DNA of 64,000 nt from Acidimicrobiales bacterium (GCA_050011255.1 JBEKJK010000012.1:4007-68006); one strand, 5' to 3'; numbered from the stretch's first letter, positions 45,920 through 54,944 are shown. A program made the numbers and translations. Notes: generated by a model not told the origin, from the sequence alone.

Positions 45920-47119
45920 TCAGCGCACGCTCCGCACGCTCGCCTCCATGCGGTCGAGGACCGTCTCCCAGGAGTACTCGCTCATCACGTAGTCTCGCCC
46001 GCGTTCGGCCATGGCCCGGACCTCCGTCGAAGACCTAGAGACCTTACGCAGGAGGCCCACCAGCTCGTCGCGGTCGGAGAACAGCAGACCGCCACCCGAG
46101 CGCCGGCAGTGCCATGCGACGACGTCCCCGGCTGCCGTGGCCAGCACGGGCGTGCCCGCCAGCCATGCTTCCATCATGGTCCGCGAAAAGCTCTCCATGC
46201 GACTGGGCTGGACGTATGCGACGGCGGCCGCAAAGGCGTCATCGCGTTCGTCCGCGCCGACGAAGCCAAGGTCGATGACACGACCATCGAGCTCCTCGGG
46301 GACTTCCACCCGGCCCACTCCGATCGTCACCAGGTCCAGTTCGGTCCCGAGCTCCACAGCACGGGCGAAAGCCTCGACCAGCCAATCCCATCCTTTGCCC
46401 TTCTCGCGCCGCCCCGCGTAGAGGACGAAGGGCCGGGTGATCCCGTGACGTCTCCGAAAGCCCTCAGGGTCGTAAGAGCCGGGCACCCGCACCCCTGCTC
46501 CGGTCACCGTGTGACACGAGGCAACCGGACCCAGGCGGTGCGCGAGGGCGTGCTCCGGCTCGGACAGGAACCACACCGCCGCCGGGTCTGCGAGCACGTG
46601 CCGGAACACCTCCAGGTGGGCGTAGAGCTCGTCGTGGAGGCACGGCATCACCACTGCCCGCTCAGCTACGGCTCGTAGTCCCACCGCGGTCGTCCAGAAC
46701 AGGTAAGGGGAGAACACCACGGCGTCGAATTCCTCTCCGTGGCTCATCAGGTAGTGGAAAAGGTCCGGGGACCGGAACCAGAAACCGAGCCAGCTGATCT
46801 GCTCGTCGAGAGTGGGCACCACACCTCTGTCGATGAGGACGTGGGCTCGCCGAGCGACGCGCGAAGGTTCGCGCACCGTCGCGAAGCGCCGCACTACAAG
46901 GCCCTCTTCCTCGCTCGTCCCTTCGACCAGTTCGTTCTCCCATGTGAAGTGGTCGACGGCACAGGTCGTGAGCACTTCGACCTCCCACCCCCTCGAAGCC
47001 AGTCCTACCGCCGCCTCAGCCGAGACCGCCTCAGAGCCTCCAACCACACCAGGCCCGAAACGTGGGGGTACGAACGCGATCCGCCGGCCTGCGCCCGGGC
47101 GGCTCCCTGTCCGGCTCAC
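45920..47119 (-). CDS. Glycosyltransferase family 4 (GT-B)
   Basis: RIAFVPPRFGPGVVGGSEAVSAEAAVGLASRGWEVEVLT...FVLYAGRREKGKGWDWL...VQPSRMESFSRTMMEAWLAGTPVLATAAGDVV. The GTG at 47119 sits 3 nt after the wzt stop. The track start at 47221 would overlap wzt by 100 nt. Confidence 0.85.
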   Translation of the reverse strand: MSRTGSRPGAGRRIAFVPPRFGPGVVGGSEAVSAEAAVGLASRGWEVEVLTTCAVDHFTWENELVEGTSEEEGLVVRRFATVREPSRVARRAHVLIDRGVVPTLDEQISWLGFWFRSPDLFHYLMSHGEEFDAVVFSPYLFWTTAVGLRAVAERAVVMPCLHDELYAHLEVFRHVLADPAAVWFLSEPEHALAHRLGPVASCHTVTGAGVRVPGSYDPEGFRRRHGITRPFVLYAGRREKGKGWDWLVEAFARAVELGTELDLVTIGVGRVEVPEELDGRVIDLGFVGADERDDAFAAAVAYVQPSRMESFSRTMMEAWLAGTPVLATAAGDVVAWHCRRSGGGLLFSDRDELVGLLRKVSRSSTEVRAMAERGRDYVMSEYSWETVLDRMEASVRSVR

Positions 47120-47121
47120 GC

Positions 47122-48402
47122 TCAGCTGAGGCTGACGGTCCGGAAGTCGGCGTGCAGGTCGAGAGCCACGGTCCCGCGTGAGCGGCCGGGGTTCATCACG
47201 TCGAACGATGCCTGCTCCCATCGGTCGTAGACGATCCCCCGATCACTGCTTATTCCGACACTGACTGTGTAGGACCCCTCGAGCAGGGGAACGCTGTCGA
47301 ACGAGAAGTCCACGCGCCCACTTCCAACCGGAGCGTCGAAGGGCTTGCCGAGCATTGCGGTGTCCGACGCGAACACGAGCGCGCCGGCGCGGTCGAAGAC
47401 CTCGATGTTGAACACGACGCCTTTGGTGGGCTCGGTGGCCTCGTAGCTCATGTGGACCGAGAGGGGCTCGCCCGGCAGCAGGTGGGTGCGGCTCCCGGTA
47501 CCGGGGTGCTCGAGGTCGACCGAAGTGATCATGACCGGCCGCCGACCCTGTTGGTCCACGTCCATCTCGGCTTCCGACGGCACTGCCTCGGTCGCAGCAC
47601 CCACCTTGTCCAGGTAGTCGTGGTAGAGGTGGATCGCCTCAGCAGCCGTTCCCTCCCCGAGCACCTTGCCCTCGTTCAGGACCATTCCGCGATCGCAGAC
47701 CTGGCGCACGAGATCGGCCGAATGCGTGACGAACACGATCGTTCGACCGTCGTCCTGGAATTCCTTGATACGGGCAAGGCACTTTCGCGAGAAGTCCTCG
47801 TCGCCGACTGCAAGCACCTCGTCGATCACGAGGACGTCCGGATCGACGTTCACTGCCACTGCAAACCCGAGACGCACGTACATGCCGGACGAGTAGTACT
47901 TCACCTGGTTGTCGATGAACTGCTCCAACTCGGCAAAGGCCACGATCTCGTCGAAACGCCGGTCCACCTCTCGAGTGGAAAGCCCGAGCAACGAGGCGTT
48001 CAGGTAGATGTTCTCTCTGCCCGAGAGCTCTGGCTGGAACCCGGCTCCTAGCTCCAGGACAGCGGCGACCTGTCCTCGTACCACGACCTTGCCGTCGGTC
48101 GGCTGCAGGATCCCCGAGATGCACTTGAGCAACGTCGACTTGCCCGAGCCGTTGCGGCCGACGATACCCACGGTGTACCCCTCGTTGACCTCGAGATTGA
48201 CGTCGCGAAGCGCCCAGAAGTCCTCGTACGGATTTCGTCCGGCGTGCAACACGCGTTCTTTGAGCGAGTAGTACTTCTGGTGGTACAGCCTGAAGCGCTT
48301 CGAGACGTCTACCACGTCCACAGCGGTGTTCGCACCCAAACGTGTCTCAGAGCTCCTCGGCGAAATTGCCGGCGAGCCGGCCGAACACGACCATGGCTCC
48401 AA
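47122..48402 (-). CDS. wzt: Polysaccharide ABC exporter ATP-binding protein with C-terminal glycan-binding (Wzt_C-like) beta-sandwich
   Basis: GIVGRNGSGKSTLLK, YSSGMYVRLGFAVA, LVIDEVLAVGD, then a ~150-aa extra C-domain (ITSVDLEHPGTGSRTHLLPGEPLSVHMSYEA...FNIEVFD...GSYTVSVGISS). An alternative TTG start at 48339 lies just after the wzm stop. Confidence 0.88.
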   Translation of the reverse strand: MEPWSCSAGSPAISPRSSETRLGANTAVDVVDVSKRFRLYHQKYYSLKERVLHAGRNPYEDFWALRDVNLEVNEGYTVGIVGRNGSGKSTLLKCISGILQPTDGKVVVRGQVAAVLELGAGFQPELSGRENIYLNASLLGLSTREVDRRFDEIVAFAELEQFIDNQVKYYSSGMYVRLGFAVAVNVDPDVLVIDEVLAVGDEDFSRKCLARIKEFQDDGRTIVFVTHSADLVRQVCDRGMVLNEGKVLGEGTAAEAIHLYHDYLDKVGAATEAVPSEAEMDVDQQGRRPVMITSVDLEHPGTGSRTHLLPGEPLSVHMSYEATEPTKGVVFNIEVFDRAGALVFASDTAMLGKPFDAPVGSGRVDFSFDSVPLLEGSYTVSVGISSDRGIVYDRWEQASFDVMNPGRSRGTVALDLHADFRTVSLS

Positions 48403-49453
48403 GCAGCATCAGGAGCGAAACGCCCAAAACGATCAAGTCCGACGAGAGATACCACCCGGTCCCATATTGCGCCATCACGCCTTGTGGGAACGGCTGGTGA
48501 CTGATCGTGGAGATGGGGTGGACGATGTTGTAGAAGATCCGTTGAAAGGTCATCACGACGGGAGTGACCGGATTGGCAAAGTAGAGCCATAACACGTGCG
48601 TCCCTGGAATTCCGAAGAGCGAGTGCCTGGCGAGCTTGTCGTGGACGGTACCGGAGAAAGGGTAAATCCCGGGGACGGCCCAGAACCAAGCCATGAGAAC
48701 CACCTCGACCAGGTGCTGGGTGTCACGCAAGTAGACGTTCACCGCAGAAAGAAGCACCGACAAGGCGGCTGCAAAAGCAATCACGGCAGCCAGAGCAGGT
48801 ACCAGAAGCCACAGCGCGCCCCAGTCCGGCTGATGGCGGAACGCGACCATGAAGATCAGAAGGACGATGGACTGGAACAAGAAGAACATGAAGGCCGAAC
48901 CGACCGAGGCGAGCGGGAGGATCTCGCGAGGAAATGCAACCTTCTTCACGATGCCTGCATTGTTCACGATCGTCGACGTTGCAGCGAGCACCGAGGTCTG
49001 GAACAAGTTCCAGACCAGCATCGCCGCGAACATGTAAATGACGAATTTCGGGATGCCGTTCGGCAGGAAGAACGTGAACAAGACGTAGAAGACGGCGAGG
49101 GTCAAGGCCGGGTTCAGCATGGACCACAGGAACCCGAGAAACGAGTTCATGTACTTGACCTTTATCTCCTTGCGCACGAGGAAGATGAAGAGCTCGCGCG
49201 ATCGCCACAGGTCGACGATGCGTTGCTTCAAGCTCACCTTGGCGGCGACAACACGCGTCGGCTTGTGACCTCGCGCCGCGGCTTTCGCCGTGCGCCGCTT
49301 GAGGTCGCTCTCCGCGGCTGCTATGACCGTGGCCCCGGGCTGCTCGGGAACCTCGGGCGCCCCGCCGATGGCACTGTCGGGCCCGCGATCGGCCCGCACT
49401 TCGGTCACGATGGCGACCCGTTCATCCGACCCCTCACGCTTCTTACTGGGCAA
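48347..49453 (-). CDS. wzm: ABC-2 type polysaccharide exporter permease
   Basis: [45 protein letters not shown] plus six hydrophobic segments. The ~85-aa charged N-terminal extension may not be translated (start uncertain). Confidence 0.85.
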   Translation of the reverse strand: MPSKKREGSDERVAIVTEVRADRGPDSAIGGAPEVPEQPGATVIAAAESDLKRRTAKAAARGHKPTRVVAAKVSLKQRIVDLWRSRELFIFLVRKEIKVKYMNSFLGFLWSMLNPALTLAVFYVLFTFFLPNGIPKFVIYMFAAMLVWNLFQTSVLAATSTIVNNAGIVKKVAFPREILPLASVGSAFMFFLFQSIVLLIFMVAFRHQPDWGALWLLVPALAAVIAFAAALSVLLSAVNVYLRDTQHLVEVVLMAWFWAVPGIYPFSGTVHDKLARHSLFGIPGTHVLWLYFANPVTPVVMTFQRIFYNIVHPISTISHQPFPQGVMAQYGTGWYLSSDLIVLGVSLLMLLGAMVVFGRLAGNFAEEL

Positions 49454-50078
49454 CCTCGGCGACAGAGTGCTCGATTACACGGTCGATGAAGCCGTACTCT
49501 TTGCCCTCTTGTGCGGTGAACCAACGGTCACGGTCGAAGTCCGCCTCGATACGCTCGACCGTCTGCCCGGTGTGCAGGGCGATGCGCTCTGCCATCATCC
49601 TCTTCAGGTAGACGATCTGCTCGGCCTGGATGGCGATGTCGGCGGCCTGACCCTGCATCTGCCCCGAGGGCTGGTGCATCAGGATTCGGCTGTGCGGGAG
49701 GGCGAAACGCTTGCCTGGAGTCCCGGCGCATAGCAGGAACTGGCCCATCGAGGCCGCCAGGCCGACACAGATCGTGCTCACGTCGCAACTCACGTACTGC
49801 ATCGTGTCGTAGATGGCGAGACCGTCGGTCACAGAACCACCCGGTGAGTTGATGTAGAGCGCTATGTCGCGCTCGCCATCCTCGGCAGCGAGCAACAGCA
49901 ACTGCGAGCAGACCAGGTTGGCGAGGGTCTCTTCGACGGCACTACCGAGGAAGATGATCCTCTCTTTCAGCAGACGCTGGAAAACGTCCGCCGCAGCCAG
50001 GTCAGACGTCATGGGAGCCCGCAGCGTGGCAGGGCTGGGCGTACGAGCAGGTGAATCGGGCGGGAAACGCTCGGGCAT
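49443..50078 (-). CDS. clpP: ATP-dependent Clp protease proteolytic subunit
   Basis: [25 protein letters not shown]...[18 protein letters not shown]...[14 protein letters not shown]...ILMHQPSG...[18 protein letters not shown] (Ser/His/Asp all present). Confidence 0.9.
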   Translation of the reverse strand: MPERFPPDSPARTPSPATLRAPMTSDLAAADVFQRLLKERIIFLGSAVEETLANLVCSQLLLLAAEDGERDIALYINSPGGSVTDGLAIYDTMQYVSCDVSTICVGLAASMGQFLLCAGTPGKRFALPHSRILMHQPSGQMQGQAADIAIQAEQIVYLKRMMAERIALHTGQTVERIEADFDRDRWFTAQEGKEYGFIDRVIEHSVAEVAQ

Positions 50079-50275
50079 GACGCGAGGCTACTCGGGATGC
50101 GGCTGTGGCATCGTCAGGGTCGACCGACTCGACCGTTCACAACTCGATCTTTCAATCCCGTGGCGTTCCATGTCCCTGGCCCGTCGCGCAACTAGGCTGG
50201 CCCTCTCGGGAGCAGTCGGCACCCACCGGACAGGGAGCGGGCCTAGAAGACAGGGGGCAAGCGGGCGTGGGGCAA

Positions 50276-50357
50276 GCGGGCGTGGCGGAACTGGCAGACG
50301 CGCGGGGTTTAGGTCCCCGTCCCTTCGGGGGTGGAGGTTCGAGTCCTCTCGCCCGCA
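50276..50357 (+). tRNA. tRNA-Leu (anticodon TAG), class II with long variable arm; CCA not encoded
   Basis: GCGGGCG TG GCG GAACTGGCAGA CGC G CGGGG TTTAGGT CCCCG TCCCTTCGGGGGT GGAGG TTCGAGT CCTCT CGCCCGC A, 82 nt. Confidence 0.88.
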
Positions 50358-50404
50358 CGAGACCAGCCCGCAAGACCACCACCTGTGTCACGGCGACGTC
50401 GCTG

Positions 50405-52090
50405 ATGGCCGGAATGGTCCTGTGGATGGCCACGGTCGGCGCTGGACCCGCGTCCGCCGCGGTGACCCCCACCGGCACCCAGGTCCCGTTCGAGGAATTC
50501 GTGAACGACGGAGCGGGTGGCCGTCTTTGGAACGAGTACGACCAGACCCAATACGCGAGCGGTCCTCAGATCGAAGGCCGTGCGTCACCGGTCAACTTCG
50601 GCCCGAACGAGCTCCAGGTGTTCACGCTCGGCTCCGACGACCATCTGATCGACTGGGTGAACGACGGGTTGTGGGGCCGAACCTGGAACGCCTACGACCT
50701 GTCGACCTCGGCCGGCGGGGGAGGCAGCGTCGTGGGCAGCCCGGCGGCAATCGTCGTCGGCAACGTCATCCACGTGTACGTCGAGGCCACCGGTGGCGAT
50801 CTGGTCGAGTACGCGAGCGACGGCCAGGGCGGGCGCCTTTGGAACGTCCATGATCTGAGCACCTCGGCCAACGGCGGCCCGATCGACGGGGATCCGGCCG
50901 TGCTGAACCAAGCAGGTGTCCTGCGAGTGCTGGTTCGCTCAAGCAACGGGGATCTCGTCGAGTACGCGAGCAGTGGCCAATCGGGCGATCCGTGGAACCT
51001 CTACGACCTGTCGACCACCTCGAATGGCGGGCCGATCACCGGCGACCCCGCCGCCTTCGTCTATCAGGGCGGGATCGTCCACGCGTACGTGCGCTCCAGC
51101 GGCGGGGAGCTCGTGGAGTACGTGGACGACAACGCCGGCGGCAGATCGTGGAACGCCTACGACCTCACCGGTAACGCAGGCGGTGGCGTACAGATGACCG
51201 GCGATCCCGCGAGCGCGCTTCTCGGGACGGCAGTCAGCATCTACGTTCGCTCCTCGTCGGGAGACCTCGTGGAGTTCGTGAACAACGGCCAGGACGGACA
51301 CCTGTGGAACACCTACGACCTCACCGGTGAAGCTGGAGGCGGCATACAGATGATCGGTTTGCCCGCGGCCGTGTTGTACGGCGCCGTGGCTCACGTCTAC
51401 GTCAGATCTCTGGCCGACCACCTGGTCGAATACGTGAACGACAATCAGCGGGGCAACCCGTGGAACGCTTATAACCTGAGCCAGTACTCGGGTGGCGGGA
51501 CCACGATCGGCTCTGATCCTTCCGCAATCGTCTACCAAGGCTCCGTGGTGCACGTGTACGTCGGTGGGCCTTCACCCGGGCTCCCGGACGCCATCGTCCA
51601 GCTGGCCGAGAGCCAGGACCAGTTCAACGGCGCGGTAGTGGAGGACCCTCCTGACACGAACTGCAACGGGTACACCGCGTTCTTCGGCCGGGGAACGACC
51701 ACGGGATGTGCTCCCGGCACCGCTTCGGAGGAGTGGTGCTCGGACTTCGCCCAATGGGTCTGGACCCTGAACGGCGTGAACACGACCGGGATAAACGGCT
51801 ACGCGTTCACCTGGGTGGGGTGGGGCCAGTCACACGGGACCTTCCTGCCCGGAGCCACCAACGATCCACGTCCCGGCGATGCGGTCGTCTGGGGCTCGAT
51901 GGCCGAGGGGTACAGTCCCCACGTAGGGCTGGTGGTCGGCGTGAAAGACGGCAACATCGACATGGTCTCGGGGAATTCGGGGCCCGTCGACGCCCAGGGC
52001 GACAACATCGCGGTCTGGGAGACGGGTTACTTCGACCCCGCCACGTCCGACAACAGCGGCTACCCGATCCTCGGGTACGTGATTCCCTGA
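50405..52090 (+). CDS. Secreted 7-blade WNxYDL/IHVY propeller protein fused to a C-terminal CHAP (Cys/His amidase-peptidase) domain
   Basis: The ATG at 50405 is the first start after the tRNA. The track ORF start at 50105 would overlap the tRNA. Repeats: LWNEYDQ, TWNAYDL, LWNVHDL, PWNLYDL, SWNAYDL, LWNTYDL, PWNAYNL, then VVHVYVGGP. CHAP: EEWCSDFAQWVW (Cys) and PGDAVVWGSMAEGYSPHVGLVVGV (His). Confidence 0.8.
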   Translation: MAGMVLWMATVGAGPASAAVTPTGTQVPFEEFVNDGAGGRLWNEYDQTQYASGPQIEGRASPVNFGPNELQVFTLGSDDHLIDWVNDGLWGRTWNAYDLSTSAGGGGSVVGSPAAIVVGNVIHVYVEATGGDLVEYASDGQGGRLWNVHDLSTSANGGPIDGDPAVLNQAGVLRVLVRSSNGDLVEYASSGQSGDPWNLYDLSTTSNGGPITGDPAAFVYQGGIVHAYVRSSGGELVEYVDDNAGGRSWNAYDLTGNAGGGVQMTGDPASALLGTAVSIYVRSSSGDLVEFVNNGQDGHLWNTYDLTGEAGGGIQMIGLPAAVLYGAVAHVYVRSLADHLVEYVNDNQRGNPWNAYNLSQYSGGGTTIGSDPSAIVYQGSVVHVYVGGPSPGLPDAIVQLAESQDQFNGAVVEDPPDTNCNGYTAFFGRGTTTGCAPGTASEEWCSDFAQWVWTLNGVNTTGINGYAFTWVGWGQSHGTFLPGATNDPRPGDAVVWGSMAEGYSPHVGLVVGVKDGNIDMVSGNSGPVDAQGDNIAVWETGYFDPATSDNSGYPILGYVIP

Positions 52091-52094
52091 GGCG

Positions 52095-52667
52095 ATGAGA
52101 CGACTCGGGCTTCCAGAGCTGGCCGTCGCCACGATCACCCTCGCCGCGATCGCCCTCGCCGTGGCAGGTTGCTCCAGCTCTACCAAACCGACCGGCAAGG
52201 CCAGCTCACGCACCACCTCTGCCGCGACGACCTCCACCTCCGGCACCCGACAGAGCTCGGGCTCGACCACCACCGCGGCGCCGTCGACCCCGTCATGTGA
52301 CCAGGCGCCGGTATCAGAGGTCGGCCAGGCGCTCGGGTTGCATCTGCAGAGCCCCTCCTCACAGGTCACCGGCACGGTCACGGTGTGCACCTACAGCGGA
52401 TCCCCAGGACCTGTGACCATCAGGTTCCAAAGCGGTGAGAGCAGCTCGACGTTCGAAGCAGCCGAGCAGAGCTTCCAGCAGCACGGTGAGCCGACCACAG
52501 ACGTGCCCGGACTGGGCGACGCCGCCTACTCCTCGACGGTGGGCTCGGGGCAGTTCCAGGACAACACCATCGTCGTGCTGAAGGGAAGCGTGGAGCTCCT
52601 CATAACCGCGCCTGTGGTCCTCGACGACATCAACGCCCTGGCAAGACAGATCCTGCCGTCGATCTGA
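52095..52667 (+). CDS. Secreted lipoprotein (DUF3558-like)
   Basis: Lipobox LAVAGC|SSS and an S/T-rich linker. Starts 4 nt after the propeller-CHAP stop. Confidence 0.75.
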   Translation: MRRLGLPELAVATITLAAIALAVAGCSSSTKPTGKASSRTTSAATTSTSGTRQSSGSTTTAAPSTPSCDQAPVSEVGQALGLHLQSPSSQVTGTVTVCTYSGSPGPVTIRFQSGESSSTFEAAEQSFQQHGEPTTDVPGLGDAAYSSTVGSGQFQDNTIVVLKGSVELLITAPVVLDDINALARQILPSI

Positions 52668-52703
52668 ACCCGACGACTTCGCGCCCGCACCTTCCGACGC
52701 GCT

Positions 52704-53360
52704 TCAACCCCGCTTTACGTCCAGCGCGGTGTGCACGTGCACATCGACGCCGCGCGCCCAGCGGTCGTATTCCCTCACAGCCTGCACGACGTGAGCGACC
52801 ACCTTCTGGGCCTCGCCACTCGTCATGCACGGCCCGCGCCACAGCTCGATCGACAATCGCCCTGAACGCCGTCGCACCTCGACGCATGCACCCGCCGCGT
52901 CGGTGCCGGCATGCTCCAACTCGTCGCGCATGACCTTGTCCGCCACCGCCGTATGGGCACTCAGGGGCCCGCCAGCCACCGCTTCCAGCGCCGGTATCGC
53001 ATCGGCCTCGGTGCTGATGGCAACGGCCAGAGGTGCCAGCGGGTCCCCGGGATCGACATCGATCAGCACCAGCGGCACCCGGCATGTGACGGCGCAGGAA
53101 GTGCCGTCACCGCGCCCTCGCAGCGCCCCCAGGCTGCCGACGCAGAGCGCGACGTCCACAGAAACGGCCTCCAAAGGGCACGGGCGCTGGGCGAGGACTG
53201 CACAGGCGCTTGCCTGACCGGGCCTCTTGCACGTCCGCACCCTGTGGCCGCGCCGGGTCAGCTCGACGGCAAGCCTGCCACCGGCGGCGACCGTGGTGTC
53301 GGGGATGAGCACGTCCATGGATTCAGGGTGTTCCTCAGCCGACACCCGAACCAGGGCCAA
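52704..53360 (-). CDS. Hypothetical protein
   Basis: 218-aa ORF with coding-like composition and no recognised motif. An alternative start is MDVLIPD. Confidence 0.45.
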   Translation of the reverse strand: MALVRVSAEEHPESMDVLIPDTTVAAGGRLAVELTRRGHRVRTCKRPGQASACAVLAQRPCPLEAVSVDVALCVGSLGALRGRGDGTSCAVTCRVPLVLIDVDPGDPLAPLAVAISTEADAIPALEAVAGGPLSAHTAVADKVMRDELEHAGTDAAGACVEVRRRSGRLSIELWRGPCMTSGEAQKVVAHVVQAVREYDRWARGVDVHVHTALDVKRG

Positions 53361-53527
53361 AGGTCACTCGCGGCAGGGACCCGCACTGGGCGGATCGATG
53401 CACCACGATGCCGAGCCAGGGTCTCCTCTCGGACTTTGACCCTGGCCGCAGTAGTCGGCCATGCTGCTTGGGTACCGGGCCTCGCGTCAACGTGGCCGGA
53501 AGAGCCAGAAAAGGCAAGGAGGACACC

Positions 53528-54433
53528 ATGGGAATGCTCGACGGGAAGGTCGCCATCGTCACCGGTGCCGGACGAGGCATTGGGCGAGAGGAGGCCCTTC
53601 TGCTGGCAAGCGAAGGCGCCAAAGTGATCGTAAACGACGTGGGCGCGGCGCGCTCGGGTGAGGGCACGGACCGCAGCCCTGCCGAGCAGACCGTCGAGGA
53701 CATCGGCAGCGCGGGAGGCGTCGCCGCCATCAACACCGACGACGTCAGCTCGTGGTCCGGTGCCCAGAGCCTCGTCAACCAGGCCGTGGAGAGCTGGGGG
53801 AAACTCGACGTCCTCGTGAACAACGCAGGGATCCTCCGGGACAAGATGAGCTTCAACATGGACGAGTCGGACTGGGACGACGTGATCCGGGTCCACATGA
53901 AGGGGCACTTCTCCATGTCGCACTTCGCGGCGGCCTATTGGCGCAACCGCTCCAAGGCCGGAGAGCAAGTCTCGGGGCGCATCATCAACACCGCCTCGGA
54001 ATCCGGTCTCTTCGGCAACGTCGGCCAGGTCAACTACGGCGCGGCGAAGGCCGGAATCGCGGCGATGACGATCATCTTCGCACGGGAGCTCGAGCGCTAC
54101 GGCGTGACCGTCAACGCGATCTCGCCTCGGGCCCGGACACGTATGACCGAGGACGTCTTCGGAGAGATGGGCAAGGTGGAGGAAGGCAAGTTCGATCCGT
54201 TCTCCCCCGCCAACGTCGCTCCGATGGTCACGTTCCTCGCAAGCGACGAGGCTTCGGACATCTCGGGACAGAACTTCGTCGTCTTCGGTGGCTCGGTATG
54301 GGTCTTGCAGGGCTGGGCGCCCGCCGGAGAGCTCAAGCGCGACTCCCGGTGGACACCGAAGGAGCTCGCAGACAACAAGTCCAAGCTCTTCGCCAACCGT
54401 CCTCCGGGGATTCCGCCCTTCGCCTTCCTGTGA
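53528..54433 (+). CDS. SDR-family oxidoreductase (3-hydroxyacyl-CoA dehydrogenase / 3-oxoacyl reductase type)
   Basis: GKVAIVTGAGRGIGREEALLLASEGAKVIVND, NNAGI, YGAAKAG. AAGGAGGA lies upstream of the ATG at 53528. Confidence 0.88.
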   Translation: MGMLDGKVAIVTGAGRGIGREEALLLASEGAKVIVNDVGAARSGEGTDRSPAEQTVEDIGSAGGVAAINTDDVSSWSGAQSLVNQAVESWGKLDVLVNNAGILRDKMSFNMDESDWDDVIRVHMKGHFSMSHFAAAYWRNRSKAGEQVSGRIINTASESGLFGNVGQVNYGAAKAGIAAMTIIFARELERYGVTVNAISPRARTRMTEDVFGEMGKVEEGKFDPFSPANVAPMVTFLASDEASDISGQNFVVFGGSVWVLQGWAPAGELKRDSRWTPKELADNKSKLFANRPPGIPPFAFL

Positions 54434-54499
54434 TCCTCGAGTACTGGTAGGGCCGACCAGGCCACGGCCGGTCGACAAAGAGACGGAGATCGCGAGGGC

Positions 54500-54943
54500 T
54501 CATGCCCTGGCGGGGAGGTGTGCCGTCGCCTTTCCGACGACCTTCACCTCACCCTCGCCGTTGACGAGGGTGCAGTCCATGTCGATCAGGTGCCTGCCGT
54601 CTTCGACGCGCTTGGCCTTCACGACGATCTGGGTCCTCAGTTCCTCGCCGGGCCAGGTCGGGCGGCCGAAGCGCGCCCGGAAACGGGTCAGGCGCCCAGG
54701 GCCGACATAGTCGGTGAGGGCCGTGCCGAGCAGGCCCATGGAGAACATGCCGTGGCCGAAGACGCTCGGCTGGCCCGCGGCCGTGGCAAACGTCTCGTCG
54801 TGGTGTATCGGGTTGTAGTCACCCGACGCTCCCGCGTAGCGCACGAAGTCCGTACGTGTGAGCACATGGGATTTGACCGGCGCCTGGTCGCCTTCGTTCA
54901 CGTCCTCGATGTGCAACGTCTTCTCGAACATCTCGACCTCCAA
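54500..54943 (-). CDS. MaoC-like (R)-specific enoyl-CoA hydratase / dehydratase (catalytic, HadB-like)
   Basis: FVRYAGASGDYNPIHHDETFATAAGQPSVFGHGMFSMGLLG hot-dog hydratase motif. Confidence 0.85.
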   Translation of the reverse strand: MEVEMFEKTLHIEDVNEGDQAPVKSHVLTRTDFVRYAGASGDYNPIHHDETFATAAGQPSVFGHGMFSMGLLGTALTDYVGPGRLTRFRARFGRPTWPGEELRTQIVVKAKRVEDGRHLIDMDCTLVNGEGEVKVVGKATAHLPARA

Positions 54944-54944
54944 C

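Noticed and set aside
50105-50404. N-terminal 100 codons of the 661-aa track ORF.
   Set aside because: This stretch spans the complete tRNA-Leu gene (50276-50357). The first start after the tRNA is used instead.
53258-54478. 406-aa minus-strand ORF.
   Set aside because: It is antisense to the SDR gene 53528-54433, which has TGxxxGxG, NNAG and YxxxK motifs.
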